Positions 1 to 13,836 are shown, counted from the first letter of the whole stretch. The stretch is 62,863 nt of DNA, filler included, from Catajapyx aquilonaris (GCA_000934665.2; 2 parts of 2 records of this genome joined end to end with filler, not necessarily neighbours in it), one strand, 5' to 3'. The notes: generated by a model not told the origin, from the sequence alone. Numbers and translations are program-made.

Positions 1-99
1 AGTTGCAAAATGCAATTATGTACGAGTACTACATGGAGCCCAGGAGGCCCCGCTATTAGTAGTGCTACGGGCCCCGCGGATCCTTAAACCGGCCCTGGC

Positions 100-457
100 C
101 TGGGCGCTACGTCAAAAAAGGTTCCATTAAGACGAAATAAAGGTTCCCTCCCTGCGGTACGATGCACGGAGGTAAATAGCTAAAAAAAGAGAGGGATTTC
201 CATGGGAATGCAAATTGATTTATTCTTATTGATGTAAGTTAATATTGTTGAGGCAGGAATAGTCAGAAGATTCGGGAATATGCGTGTTGTGGGAGTTAGG
301 TACATTTTCGGAAGCTGAAATATGCGGCGTTAGATTCCTTGGAAAAAGAAACCCCCGATATGCTCATTTAAGGCGGTGCAGGGGCCTTCCCCTGGATTTC
401 TATAAGGGACAAACAAACTCACAAACTCACTCACAAACTCACAAACTAAAATATAGA
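100..457 (-). mobile_element. Possible non-autonomous Helitron-like remnant
   Basis: Minus strand begins A|TCTATATTT followed by a (GTGAGTTT/GTTT)n microsatellite (410-447), a layout typical of insect Helitron 5' ends. The other end abuts a CCGGCCCTG (hAT-type TIR-like) motif near 98. Confidence 0.3.
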
Positions 458-1357
458 TAAAGATAAAAATTGGAACAATAATATAGATACCGTAATGATC
501 ACATCAACAATAACAACAGCGACAATAATAATAACAATATTAGCACAGGTAAGGATCAGGTGCGCTAATGAACAGATTTGCATGCCATGTAGTGTACACA
601 TTTTTTCCCTTTCTATTGTGGAATTGTCATGAAAGGGGTGTGTGGCGTGGAACAATGAAATGTGCCAAGGAATCATCTGTGCCATAATGCATGTCAGCAA
701 ATGTTACACTGATTTTGTGCAATGGTTGCAGTTTTCAGGTTGTTGGCATCACAACCTGTTTGTGGGAGGTATGCTCAATTTAATTTTTATATATCAATAA
801 TGCCAACAACAGCAACAACAACAAACCTAATTAACAGATAAGCTTAAATAGTACAAATATTCATTTCTTAGGTATACAAGAGTGCTTGTGTGAACCTGGA
901 GAACTTTTACAACCTGTTTATAGGGAAAAGCTTAAATTCCATTTTAATTCTTTAACCTTCACCAGCTCACCATCTGGAAATTTACACTGCTGGGTAATCC
1001 TAGGACAATTCAACAAGTGCACACACCCGTTGCATCTTTAAAAATTCCGAACGAAAAGGGAGGGGGTCAAATCTTAATTTTTTTTGACCTGGTGCGAAGT
1101 TTGCATTCCAGACTTTCAATTACTTACATGTAGTGCTTAATTTTCAATTACTGGGTTCAGCCATGTTAAAAAGCAGGTCAACTGGAGTGCACTCCAAGGC
1201 TCATTTTGGAGTGCAGATAACAATTAGTGCAAATATATTGCACCTTTTCATCCAAATATTTCAACCCCTGAAAAGGGTGAGGGGACTGGGACCATAACCC
1301 GCTTTGGGATTCAGTTGTTATTTTCTACAAGTTACTGGGCACATAGTGATGACTCCG

Positions 1358-1529
1358 AGAGGTTATTCACTAAGGGTAGTCCGTGTACACCTTCGTGGGT
1401 AGTACGAGGGTAGTCTGGGTAGTCCAGGGGTAGTCGGAAGGGTAGTCCAGGTAGTCCAGCCTGGACTACCCGGTTAGTCTGAGTAGTCCAGAAGTCTGTG
1501 TACGCAAAAAATGTAAGTGAATAACCCCT
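1358..1529. mobile_element. Small MITE-like element
   Basis: Terminal inverted repeats AGAGGTTATTCACTAA / TAAGTGAATAACCCCT enclose many GGTAGTCC-like internal repeats. Confidence 0.5.
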
Positions 1530-2757
1530 TGGATAGTTCTCTGGTTACATACGTCCCATCTGGGGAAATGGTGATAGGGCAAGCACCATTTGGAAAAAGG
1601 GACTGAGATTTATTAGTTACTCTTATTATTAAAGAACAAATTGCAATGTAGCCTACTTAACACCACCTGCAAAGTGGGTCAGCAATCCCATCTGTAGCTA
1701 CATCATTCCTGCAGCACAAACTACCAGTCAGACTTGGTATCCAGAAATCAGTTATGAATCAAGGGATTATTCTGCACCAATCACATCTGGTGTTCAGAAC
1801 AAGGGAGAGACTGCTAATATTGAAAGAGTTGCTCCCTTGTCAGTGTTAGCGTCATCGTGATCTCATGATCCTGAGGCTTAGGCGGTTCACATCAGCATAG
1901 ACTTAGCACTTAGGCACGTGTTGGGACACTGGGCAAGCCTTTCTCTTGGCAACGTTAGGATGGGCAGGATTTAAGAAGTATCATCTGAACCTACCTACAA
2001 TCTATGAAAATTCTTTGTAATGGCAACTATGGGGCAGAGAAATGGCGTGTATCTAGCCTTTTGGTGAAAGTATTATTTACAGACACATTACCATTAATTT
2101 CTGCCAAAGTGCTCTTCTACAGTTGCAATATTTGCACATCAAAGTGGTACATTGCATGTTGAGCCTCAGATTGAGAGGGAGATAGTTTAAAGGCCCAGTA
2201 GACTAACCAACACAATAGCCACATTTTATAGCGTTCCAAGGACATGATGTATTGTAATAGTAGAGTTGGGACATATTTCCATGGAAAATTCAACCTTGTT
2301 TGGACCAATGATGTATGCTCAATAATCATTATACCGTACTCCTGGGAAAATCTCTGCAAGCACACAGAAATATTGAAAGTAAAAATGATGGAATTGCAAG
2401 GAAAAATTATGGCTAGAGATTATTTAATGACCTGGTAGTTATTATTTTTGTGGAAAATATAAAGCTTTTACTTTGACCAGGCGAATGTTCTTCAGTGTGT
2501 TTTTGTTGCGCATGATGGAAAATGGTTCAGGATGGATTTTGTGTGTGTGCTGGAGTGACTTCTCTATAGACAGTTGTTACTGTAGGCTTCCAGAAAATGT
2601 AACTGGATTTTGGATCTGAATATGGATCAGAATGGATGCAGAAAAGGAATTTCTTTCTGAATCTTACGTGTAATGTTCAGGTGTTGTTTTATCACACATG
2701 TACTGAGTCATTCTTTTCAGTTTCTTGTAGGCTGAGTCGAATTAACACATCACAATC

Positions 2758-4902
2758 ATGGAGGTCCGGTTGGAGCGTTCAGACCTTGACCAGCAAGAGG
2801 TGTTTGACATTCTCATGAGTGATGCTTCCACCAAGGACATTAGAGTGGTCTGCTCGGATGGCATCGTGCCTGCCCATCGTGTTGTGCTGGCCACTGCTTC
2901 TAGCTTCCTGCGTACCCTATTGGAATCCCCCAACAGTGATACCATCCATCTACCTGATTTCTCTGCAAGTGTAGTCCAGCACTGGCTCCACCTGGTGTAT
3001 GTTGGGGAGTTGGTTGTCAACTCTCCCGACATGCTTCACCTAGGAGCCCTTGTCTCCCTTATGGGTGTCACCAAGGACGGCAAGGAATGGAAGGGTTTTC
3101 AAGAGGATAGAAGAGAGGATGAGGATGAAGAAGGCTATCAGAATGGGGAAGAGTATGAAGTGGAACAAGTGGAGGTGCAGCAACGATATGGGATGGTGCA
3201 GGCAGAACTTGGAGATGACGATGATGATGATGATGACGATGAAGATGAGGATGCAATGGATGGAATTGGTGACGGGGACATGGATGAGGATGACGAGAGA
3301 AGGAGGGAGGAAGATGGTTCACCAGGTAAGTGACAAGGACAAGGGATACCATGCATGGTGCTCTGATTTAGTTTAATATCATTTGTAATGTCATCGTATT
3401 TTTTCAGACCTAGTGGGGATGGTGGAGTGCAACCTGGATACCCTTGAGAATGGGGGAGGAGCTTCGTCGTCTTCAACTTCAGCTGCATACCAGTGTCACT
3501 CGTGCTCCCACAGCTTTGATGACCGAGAGCAGCTTGAACTCCATGTGAAACGCACTCACTCTGGTCCTGGAGAATATCGCTGCCCCCACTGCACCGTCAC
3601 TTTTCATGACCGCCACTCCCTGACAATCCATCGCAGGGAACACAAACGTGGAGACAGACTCATTTCATGCCCTATCTGTGGGAAGACCTCCACTGAGGCA
3701 AGCATCCGCAGACATATCCTGTTGCACGGAGGGGCAGCTGCTAGGAGGCATTTTGTACCATTCACCTGCAAGATCTGTGGACGTGCTTTTCCCAAATCAC
3801 AGGTCGGGTGATACATGTTTACGTGATTCTTTAAATGTAAAGCTGTCACAAATTTGTTTTAAATATCTGGATTCGTCTTTGGTAGGTTCTGGCAAGTCAT
3901 GTCAAGCGTGAGCACCGCCTAGCATCTGTGAAGTTGGATGCAGAGAAGAAACCCCGCATTCAGTTGTTCATGCAGAAGCGTACTGATGAGACCAAGGAGT
4001 GGGCTGTGATGGCACCTCAGGCCGGTGATCCATCAACAGTAGAAGCACCTCGTCTTGCCTGCCTACTCTGCGATGACAAGTTTGTTTCTGAGGCAGAGCG
4101 TCGTGAGCACAAGACTGAGGTGCATATGAATGCCACCTACACATGCATCCAGTGCGGCCAAAGTTTTGATTCAGAGCTGGCTTACCACAAGCATGCAACT
4201 TTGCACCGAGAGGAAGGTGCTACCACGGACTGTATGGTGTGTGAACGGCGTTACCAGACACGCCGTGGGTTCTTACACCATGTTCCAAGTCATCACACGG
4301 ATGAAGCAGCCCCAAGGCGCAAGCAGTCCCCAGTAGCTTGTCGAGTGTGTGGTGCTCGTTTTGCATCACACCGTCAACTCCAGCAGCACAACCTGAGCCA
4401 CCCGTTCCACTACCCATACCAATGTAATGTGTGCAAATATGTGTACCCATCCTCACAGCTACTCCAGTCTCACGACTGTCCTAGACGTGGTAGCATGCCA
4501 ACTCCACCACAACCGAAAGCAAAAGCAAAACCACAACCACCGCCCCCTCCACCTCCAGCCTTGAAGCCGGCACCATCGAAGTCCAAATTTACAGCCATCG
4601 CCAAAGGATTGACCTTACAACCTATTCCACCTCATTTTTGCTTGATCTGTCATGAGCAATTTCCAAATGATCCAGAGTACCAGATGCACAGAAGGGGCCA
4701 TCCGCAGGGGTCACTGCACAAGTGTGACGTGTGCCTGCGAGGCTTTAGGTCCCCCAGCCAGTGTTTAGAACATCGCACTTTCCACTCCAATGATAAGCAG
4801 TATCAGTGCCCATTCTGTCCCAAGTCCTTCCATGTGCATCGGTTTTTGGGGTATCACTTGAGGGACCATCATCAACAGGATCAGCAGCAGTCAGCAGCTT
4901 AG
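2758..4902 (+). CDS. BTB/POZ-domain C2H2 zinc-finger protein (~659 aa, ~12 fingers)
   Basis: Exons 2758-3325, 3408-3802 and 3886-4902 join in frame at GT-AG sites. N-terminal BTB (DIRVVCSDGIVPAHRVVLATASSFL), an acidic tract, CxxC..H..H fingers and a Pro-rich linker before the last three fingers. Confidence 0.92.
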
Positions 4903-7566
4903 AGCAAATCTGAGAGCATTTAAATACCAATATCTGCTTCACGGGCAGGATTTTGTGCAGGCTACGAGCTAGAATGTGCCAAAAGTTGGGGTGACTTTTG
5001 TGCTTGAATTTTTACTGGGTTGACCTTAACGTAATATTAAATAGTGAATGGGATGCAATGATAGAGAGAGCTTGACCAGGTAAATGCATTTGATGTGCAC
5101 ATTGATTGATGCAATCCCTGTTGTAATATTTTGATCCTAATGGTTAACTGGGCTTTTGGGTTTCCCCTATGGTGAAATTTCATGGATCTTGTCCAGTAAA
5201 ATATGTGGCCATTGAACTCTTACCTTGACTTTTGGCACGGATCCTGTTCGTGTTTGTCAGTCAATTGTATTATTGTGCAGTCTGTTTTAAGGGATTTGTA
5301 CAGGACTTATTTATTTAATCTTATTGAAACCTGCCAATGGTATCAGTTACATCATGATGCCTTGAAATGATTACATTGGATTCACTTATTGCTTTTGTTC
5401 ATTTTTTGTTTTTAATGCCATGGACAGTTGGCATGTGGGGGATGGTTTGGGAGTCCAGGACTGCGCTGTAAGCCCAGATTTCTCCTTGTCGTGAAATTTC
5501 ATATGCTTGAATTTCACTTACACGACGAATATCCTCTGACATTGATATTAATCATTTTCATGTAAGTGATCGAATAATTTAGGTCTCACAGTTCAGGAAC
5601 CTCATGGTGACATCGGAAAAGTATAATACTTCATAAGAATAACTTTATCGAAAGGGGTGGAGTAATTTGAATCAGATGTATGTGTATGTTAGTAATGAGC
5701 TTACAAATGTAGCTTGGGTGCAAATATCATGACAGCGGCATTTATGAACAATTTGTGTGAATGCAGTAGTAAATACACTGCAAGTTTTGTGGATATACGT
5801 AGAAGAGACCCAGAAGGACTGGACTTTTTCATCCTTTGTACATATATTTTACTCATATTGTGTGGTACATCGCAGCATTGAGGTGTGATGCCATGAAAAT
5901 ATTCTCGACATGTGCCCCGTATTTAAATACCAGGATCATTTGTTTACTCATAATGAGCATTTAGGCATTGAGAATTCGCAACTTCAGTGCAAAGTGATGT
6001 TGGAACTTATCCCCTTATGCTGTACTATACCTCGTTTGATATTCCTCATTTTATGGTTAATATGTATGAGTGTCTACAACGATGAATGAAACAGTCCTTG
6101 GCTTTCTCTAATGCAGGTTGTCTGTAAAGGATGGAAACTGAGTGGTTCTAGGTTGGATAATTGAGTAATGATAGCTTGATTTTTACGACAGGAACATAGT
6201 GATCGTGCATAGGAAACTTGTGAAATTCGAATTGAGACACTGGTAATATTTAAGGTTGTGAACTGTGCATTTGCGTTGGGTTGGATGACAAGTGAAGACC
6301 AAGTTATTGAACTGTCATTTTAATTTATTACCCAGTTCATTGTGTCTGTATGGATTTTGATGATTGACGAACAGAATAGCAAAAAGTGTGTCTTGCTAAT
6401 TTTTGTACTTGTTTTGTTCATGGAAAGCGAGAGAAATAGCAAGTAATTAACTGGTACGAATTTTGATATTATTTAGTACTTGGTTCACTATTGGGCAGTT
6501 GTTTATTGAAGATTGCAAAATTGCTTAGGCTGTTCATTCTGTGACAGTCCAGAATATTGCACTTGTATGCTATCAACCAAACAATTCTACGTTCCTGATG
6601 CACATGGAAAGTCAGCATTACGAGGGGCAAGAATTGTTGCCAAAGGAGTAATTACCAAGATTTTGGTATATCTCTAATGGACGTAAACGTTTTTTGATCG
6701 GGATAGAAAATTCAGAATTTGGGGTTTTTGTGCTTCACTTGTGGTTCATAAACTCTGAAATCGCTTTTGGACTGGGACGAATAATAGACGTATTGTGATT
6801 TATGTCTTCCACTTTGTGACGGGTTGTGCAATCAGCTTGCTGCAGGTAGATAAATACAGATATGACAAGGAGATTATGCACATTTGTCACGTGGCTTGAT
6901 TACAATTGATCATTCATCTTGATTCATGGTCAACTGTCACAATACTTCAAGAACTGTCACTTAACCGTGTTATTAATTATGTATGAGATTAAATTTTATT
7001 AATGGGTCACCACACAACAGATCTGATTTCGTGTACAGGTTGTAAGATACTGTTGGATTAAGTTATTGTGAGCTCAGTGGCAAAATTTCACGTGGCCGCC
7101 ACTGGCAGGGAAGTTTGTTCGTGAATCTGTACTCTGAAAACTCCCCAATTCATCCAGGATCACAATCCAACGCAAGTTCCTGCACTAGTACCTAAATGCT
7201 CGTAAGTTGTAGTGATGTGTGACACCTACAGTGGGATAGTAGGAGGTGTGTGGTAGACTTCGTGCTGTAGTAGTAGTAGCAGACATGTTCTTTAGACTGG
7301 CAGTGTAATATTTATGAAAATGTGCATAGTACTGTTGTTTACGGAGTACATTTCGCTGTACTTGTATCTATTTTGAAATATAGAGCGTGGACTAGGAAGG
7401 AATGGCTTTTGATTGTTTACAGGTGGTGAAATAACAGGCGGAGGCTCTCAAGGTGAAACTGGTTGTGGTGGGAGCATGGACGTGGTATGAAAAGCAAATT
7501 CTGTGTGAATATTTTAATGGAATGCACTTTCTTTCATAACAGCAGGGTAACGACTAATGACTACTT

Positions 7567-9421
7567 CTAATCACAGATTCCGGTGGCCTTATTGTATATT
7601 AAATCATCTGGACAAGTGATAATTTCTGGATCCATATCTCCAGGCCACTTGCAGTGGTAGAACTTCTTACCATCAGCAGGATACGCATGATTCCCTCCGT
7701 ATGTGCAAACGTCTTCTATCCGGCAATGCACCACTTTCTCATAGTCCTTGCAGGTGTCCGAGTACATGTCGAATGCCTGTCCGTCCGGACAGTTGACAAT
7801 GTACACCAGGGAGAAGTAAGGCTGTCCATCTTTGGTGCCATTCTGTGCACAGAGGAATGCTCTGGTGGGACAGGCTTCCATGGGATCCGGGACATACCCA
7901 CTCTTGAAGCATATCTCCCCATGGAACTCAGCCTCTTGCAGGCACTTCTTGTCCGTAATCTCAGCCAGAGACACACACTGGCAGTCTCCGGATGGCATGC
8001 TTGTAGTAGTAGTAGGAGTAGTTGTGGTAGTAGATGTACTCCAGGTAGAAGTGGGCCCTGTAGGTCGTCCAGTAGTAGGCCATTCAGGAGTGGTAGGCCC
8101 ATGGGTAGGCCTCGAAGGATGGGTAGTCGATTCAGGACTAGTACCGGTAGTCCTTGCAGTAGGCCATGAATCAGTAGTAGTACTAGGCCATGCTGATGGA
8201 GTGTTTCTGGTGCTGCTGGTTGTGCTTGTCTGCCTGCACATCAAAGCCTTTCCAGGGGGGCACTTGTGAAATTCTGGTTCCCAGTCATTGCATGTGTAAA
8301 ATATGAGGCATGACCCCCTTATGGGGAGTAGCTCCCATCGTGTGGGTGTGTTGCAGGGTGCGATGGATTGAAAGCAGGATTGCTGGTCAAAGGTCAGGTC
8401 GCAGAGGCTGGTGGCAGGATTGAAAGAGGATCCGGGAGGGCAGAGCTTGATCTGGTCTGAGAAGTTTTTCTGGCAGTGGTGGTACCTGACGCAATCCCGG
8501 TTGTCAGGAAAGACTCCTTCTTGGACGCAGGTGAAGGGACTGCAGAGAGGGACTGCTGCTTCGCAGATGTTTGTGTCTTCGTTGCAGTAGGTTCCTTGTG
8601 GACAGGGGACGGTTTGGTACATTTTGTTCCCGTATAGGTCTTGGTTGCACAGCTTGATTGAGTTGCAGTCCGCACACGATGTTTCTCCCAGATTAAAGCA
8701 GTCTGGCAAAGGTTTTTCAATGGGTGGTTCATCTATTAGCGGTTGACACTGTGCCTGAAAAATAAGTTATATGGCACATTATGTGTACCGGTACTGTATG
8801 TTGCAACTCTTGGAGAATAATATGATGAGCAAGATCTACATCATCATTGACAAACAACCTCTAGGACATAATTTTTATGCCCTAGAGGTTGTTTGTCAAT
8901 GATGATGTAGATCATGCTCATTAGAATTTTAAATTTAAACGGTTGTACACATGGACAAGTTATAAAATCATGTCTTACCTTGGTGTCCTCTGGAATGCAT
9001 CGTTTTAATTCCGAACTGAACATGGTACCAGGCGAGCAAGACTTTCTCTCTGCCTGGTAGGCTCCACTGGGCGTTCTCTTAATGACCTCATATTTATGAC
9101 AGTCGGTTTCGTCTGGGATAGCATCTTCAGGCACGTTTTCTCTGCACAGCACACGTATAAGCAAGGAAACATAATTATATACTGTAGTATATTACTCTTT
9201 ACCGTTTAAAGTAATCAAAATAAGGCATACCCAGCTGTTATCTTGGTGGAAAATACTGCTAGAACCTGAAATTTGAATTTAAATGATGTCTAAAAATCAG
9301 AATCACGAGTCGTACGGCTTAATGCGCGTTATGAAACTTTAAAGGAACAAAATAACAGTGTTTATAATAATTTGTGAAGACTAGTCAAACATACCATCAA
9401 TAATATCAACCAGTGATCCAT
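7567..9421 (-). CDS. Secreted peritrophin-like chitin-binding (CBM14) protein A with Thr-rich segment (~470 aa)
   Basis: Exons 9421-9395, 9265-9231, 9141-8979 and 8754-7567 give a signal-peptide-like MDHWLILLMVLAVFSTKITAG followed by repeated CBM14-like Cys patterns (e.g. FPDNRDCVRYHHC...CPPGSSFNPATSLCD). TATA-like TATAAAA near 9497-9503 on the minus strand. Confidence 0.88.
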
Positions 9422-10341
9422 TATGCCCGATAATTACGGTATGAACAATTAACTGACAGTAAATGCACTGTATGTATCACAAGATCGATCGGTCATTTTA
9501 TAGCTGACAGGAGCCTTCATTTTACGTAATCTCGATATCCCTCATATCCGATAGGTTGTCTAAATTCGCATGTCGGGACTTCTAAAGCACGCTGGAAAGG
9601 AAAAAAACTGAAAAAAATTGTGATAATGTTTCCATTGTCTTTTTGCAGACAACAGCATCGCGTGACATTTAATCTGTATGAACATCATTTTTCCTGTTGA
9701 AGCCGTCTTATCTAACACACATCCGACACATGTGCAGAACGTACAGCCGGTGCAGTGTCCCATTTCATGCTGGACTCTGCACCGACCTTGGTACTGTATA
9801 CTGTATACTGTACAAATAGTGCAATCCCAGTTTGTGGCACGTAGGCAGCACTATCGTGGAAACCAAACTTGACATACCAACGTGAAAACGATAGACGGTC
9901 TGGTGCACGGTGGATTTTACTGTCTTAATAGCCTGTCATGACCATACATACGTTCTGGATAATTGAAAATGATCTCACCAGGCCTCAAGTTGTCATTATA
10001 GTTTAACAACTGACAACAATACTGACCACTTTATCAATTCCACTGCTCCGTGCTGGTGATGAAGAACTTTTCGTGTTGCAGTAATTTGCAATGGCGATGG
10101 GCACAACAGGTGTGCGACTGAAACTTATCGCGCTAATTTATATTTCCTTATTATTTGTTGTTTTTCTGAATGCAAGGATTATTTTATTGGTAAATTTATA
10201 CTACACATCTTGGAAGTTGACAGCATCTTTAGGAATGAATATACATGCAATCTGACAGCCACAAATATGATTAAAATTCATTGAAATCACAGCAGTGTAT
10301 TAGCACACGATCTAAAGGAGCCATTTCAAGTTCAAGAATGT

Positions 10342-13024
10342 TTAGTATTTCTTCACGTGTTTAAAATCGCAGATTCCAGTGGCCTTGTTGTATATTAAAT
10401 CATCTGGACAAGTGATAATTTCTGGATCCATATCTCCAGGCCACTTGCAGTGATAGAACTTCTTACCATCAGCAGGATACCCATGATTCCCTCCGTACGC
10501 GCAGACGTCTTCTATCCGGCAATGCACCACATCCTCGTAGTCCTGGCAGGTGTCCGAGTACCTGTCGAATGCCTGTCCATCCGGACAGTTGACAGTGTAC
10601 ACCAGGGAGAAGTAAGGATGTCCATCTTTGGTGCCATTCTGTGCGCAGAGGAATGCTCTGGTGGGACAGGCCTCCATGGGATCCGGGACATACCCACTCT
10701 TGAAGCATATCTCCCCGTGGAACTCAGCTTCTTGCAGGCACTTCTTGTCCGTAATCTCAGCCAGAGACACACACTGGCAGGGTCCGGATGGCATGCTTGT
10801 AGTAGGAGGAGTAGAAGTTGGCCGTGTAGTAGTTGTCCTCCAATATGGTGTGGTAGTAGGACTCCAATTTCTGGTAGTCGAGTGCCACCAATATGGTGTG
10901 GTAGTATGCCACCAGTACGGTGTGGTAGTATGCCACCAATATGGGGTGGTAGTAGGACTCCAATTTCTGGTGGTAGAGTGCCACCAATATGGGGTGGTGG
11001 TCGGCTTCCAGTGTGGGGTTGTGCGTGTGGTCCTGGTGCTGCTGGTTGTGCTTGTCTGCCTGCACATCAAGGCTTTTCCAGGGGGGCACTTGTGGAATTC
11101 TGGTTCCCAGTCGTTGCATATGTAAAATGTGAGGCATGACCCCCTTATGGGATGGTATTGCCAGTCATATTGTACATCGCAATGTGCCAGAGGTTCAAAG
11201 CAGGAGTACTCATCTAGAGGCAAGTCGCAGAGTCCTGTGGCTGGATTGAAAGACGAACCTGGCGAGCAGAGCTTGATGACATCAGTGAAGTTGTTCTGAC
11301 ATTCGTGGTACCTGGCACAATCTATGTTGTCAGGGAAGAGGCCGTCCTGTGCGCAAGAGAATCTGCTGCAGCGAGGGACGCATGCTTCACAGTTGTTCGT
11401 TTCTCTGTTGCAGTAGGTTCCTTGCGGACAGGCGATGGTTTGGTACTTCTTGTTTCCGTACAGGTCTTGGTTACACAGCTTGATAAATTCGCAGTCCAAA
11501 CACATTGTTTCTCCTAAAGTGTAGCAGTCTTGGGCGGATTTCTCATCTGTGTACCCCAGTGGCGCCTGGCAAGGAATCTGAGAAAAAATATTGAGTGGAG
11601 ATGTATAGGTTACAGAAGTCTAGTCTTAACAGGGGTATTGGATAAGTTAATCTATAGAGTGAGATGCAACTGAATGTTTTATCTGAGAAGGAAGTGGGTG
11701 CCATAAATGTTCCTGATAAAGTGGTTAGAAATATTGCATGTGCTAGCCGTAAACTCAGGGTGTGAGATTACCGGTACTGTCAACGGTGGTTGTAAATTCT
11801 GAAATTGCAGTAGGCATATCGTTGCGAAGGCCACAGGCATCTTTATAGCCATCATATAATTATGCCACTGCCCCACTGGAAGTTTAGCCTAATACTTGCA
11901 CTGAAGATTCAAAAACGTCGTGGTTTGTGACCCCGCTATCAAGGCCAAATCACAGTCAGTGCTACCTGAATAGCGCTTCAGAAGTATTAGTACATGATTG
12001 TAATCACAAATCGTAATTCTGTATAATCATACAGCAGGCAAGACAATTATAAGTGCGTTGTTTCCTGCCATGTTTTATTCCTTGCTTTTTGGGGCACTCC
12101 TTTTGCATTTCTCATATAATTATCTAAATGCAACTTACACTGCCGACATGCCACTTACCCGATTAAATCAGAACCTGACAAAAAAATAATTTGAAAGACA
12201 TTGCATATTTACAACCTTTAAGGCATATAGATGTACGTAGTAGGTGTACCCTTTAATATCTACGCTTTAAGGAGCGTAGTGTTCTACAGTTGCGACAACC
12301 GGAATCGGCGGAATGTACAGTATTATTGTGTAGGCCTACTGTATAGTAGCAATGATAATTACGGTGTTAGCAACTTTTAAACTCACACTTTTGTATTTTC
12401 CAGCCCGAAAGTGGTAGTCAGAAATAATGGCATAATTATGTAGTCGCGCTTAAAATGCGAATAAATGCAGATCATCATGATTCAAAAAAAATATTCTCTA
12501 TTCCTAAACAGTACTAACCATATAAGAGCAGAAGTAGCACCAGAGTTAGTGAAATTTCATTGGCATGATTATTTACATTCTCACAGAAGATTATTTTTTT
12601 TGGACCTTCCTGTTCAAGCCACTCAGCACACAAAAATTTTGCAACATATTGTTCTTACGTATGGATCCTCCACGATGCACTTCTTGTATGTGGGATGGAA
12701 GAATGTTCCATTCGAGCATGTCATTCTTGCGGCTTGGTAGCCGCTAGATTCCTTCCTTATGATCTCGTACAGATGACAGTTGGTTGCATCTTGGATGACC
12801 TCATCATACTCACCTCCCCTGAAAGTCATAAAATGAAATTGAGTTGGCAATGAATATGACAATTTCAACCGCAGTTCCATTACCCATCCGTGGCCCAGGT
12901 AACAATAGGTAGGAGTACCTGAAAAAGTAAGCAAGCATACTTAATCCCAACTAACTGTAAGTTAATACACACCAGTTATAATGTAAGTTAGACCTACCGT
13001 CAGGAGGGAAAAAATTAGTTTCAT
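10342..13024 (-). CDS. Secreted peritrophin-like chitin-binding (CBM14) protein B, tandem paralog (~485 aa)
   Basis: Exons 13024-12998, 12918-12884, 12818-12659 and 11577-10342. The first two exon sizes (27 and 35 nt) and all intron phases match paralog A. Signal-peptide-like MKLIFSLLTVLLPIVTWATDG, CBM14-like Cys patterns and TTTPYWWH repeats. Confidence 0.88.
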
Positions 13025-13672
13025 TCTGCTCATCAGCAACTTGCTTTAGGGACCGTTGTCGTGATTGTGCTGATATAAGAACCTTTTTATACTTTGCATC
13101 TGAAGAAGCAAAATTTATGGTAGCGTATATGTCAACTGTATGATTGTGTCGACAGGGATAATAAAAGTTTATTTTATACAGGCGGGAAAGGCACAGCAGT
13201 AATTATCACGTGTCATATAGCAATAAGTGTTAAGCTGAAAGGTCACCTACAGATAAATTAAGCAAATGGTTGTGTTCATTCGAATGAACCTTTCAGTGCA
13301 CACTGCTTATTTTCTCACCGTAATTATTTATCAAATTTAACATCCCAGCACCATCACCATAAAGGAATCAAGTATAAAAAGCCGGTAGATATCCACTGCA
13401 CTCTGCAGTTTTATGAGAGGATTAGACGTTATCATTTAAGTGATTAGACTCGCGTATTCCCTTCTAATATAATGTAACAGGAAATAACTAATTATGATTG
13501 AAAAACAGCTCTTGACACTTGGCACTTTGTGCGATTGTAAAATTATTTGGTAACACTTGGTCGTACAGTGGAGAAACATGTTGGTCACCAATAAGTAGGC
13601 TATGTATAGGGCGCGAAGGTTACTTTCGAGTGATAGCCTATGTCGTGAAAGGATTAATTTGTTGTATGTACA

Positions 13673-13744
13673 GGCCTGTTGGTCTAGGGGTATGATTCTC
13701 GCTTAGGGTGCGAGAGGTCCCGGGTTCAATTCCCGGACAGGCCC
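13673..13744 (+). tRNA. tRNA-Pro (AGG)
   Basis: 72-nt cloverleaf: acceptor GGCCTGT/ACAGGCC, anticodon arm CTCGC-TTAGGGT-GCGAG, T-loop GTTCAATTC, and a downstream T6 Pol III terminator. Confidence 0.95.
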
Positions 13745-13836
13745 GCTTTTTTAAAAGATTTTGCAAAATATTCTAAATAAACAATATGGCAGTTGAAAAA
13801 TGTGTACGTAAAGTACTAGTTAGCCCTACACAATCA

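Noticed and set aside
3050..3488. Alternative-frame and antisense ORFs with poly-His, poly-Ser or poly-Met
   Set aside because: These are by-products of the GAT/GAC acidic tract in the BTB-ZF exon.
7654..8269. Plus-strand ORFs of 145-171 aa (and 10450-11139)
   Set aside because: They are antisense shadows of the chitin-binding genes and their repeats.
9202..9228. Signal-less start MPYFDYFKR for chitin-binding gene A
   Set aside because: A better model with 27- and 35-nt exons gives a signal peptide and matches the paralog's exon structure.
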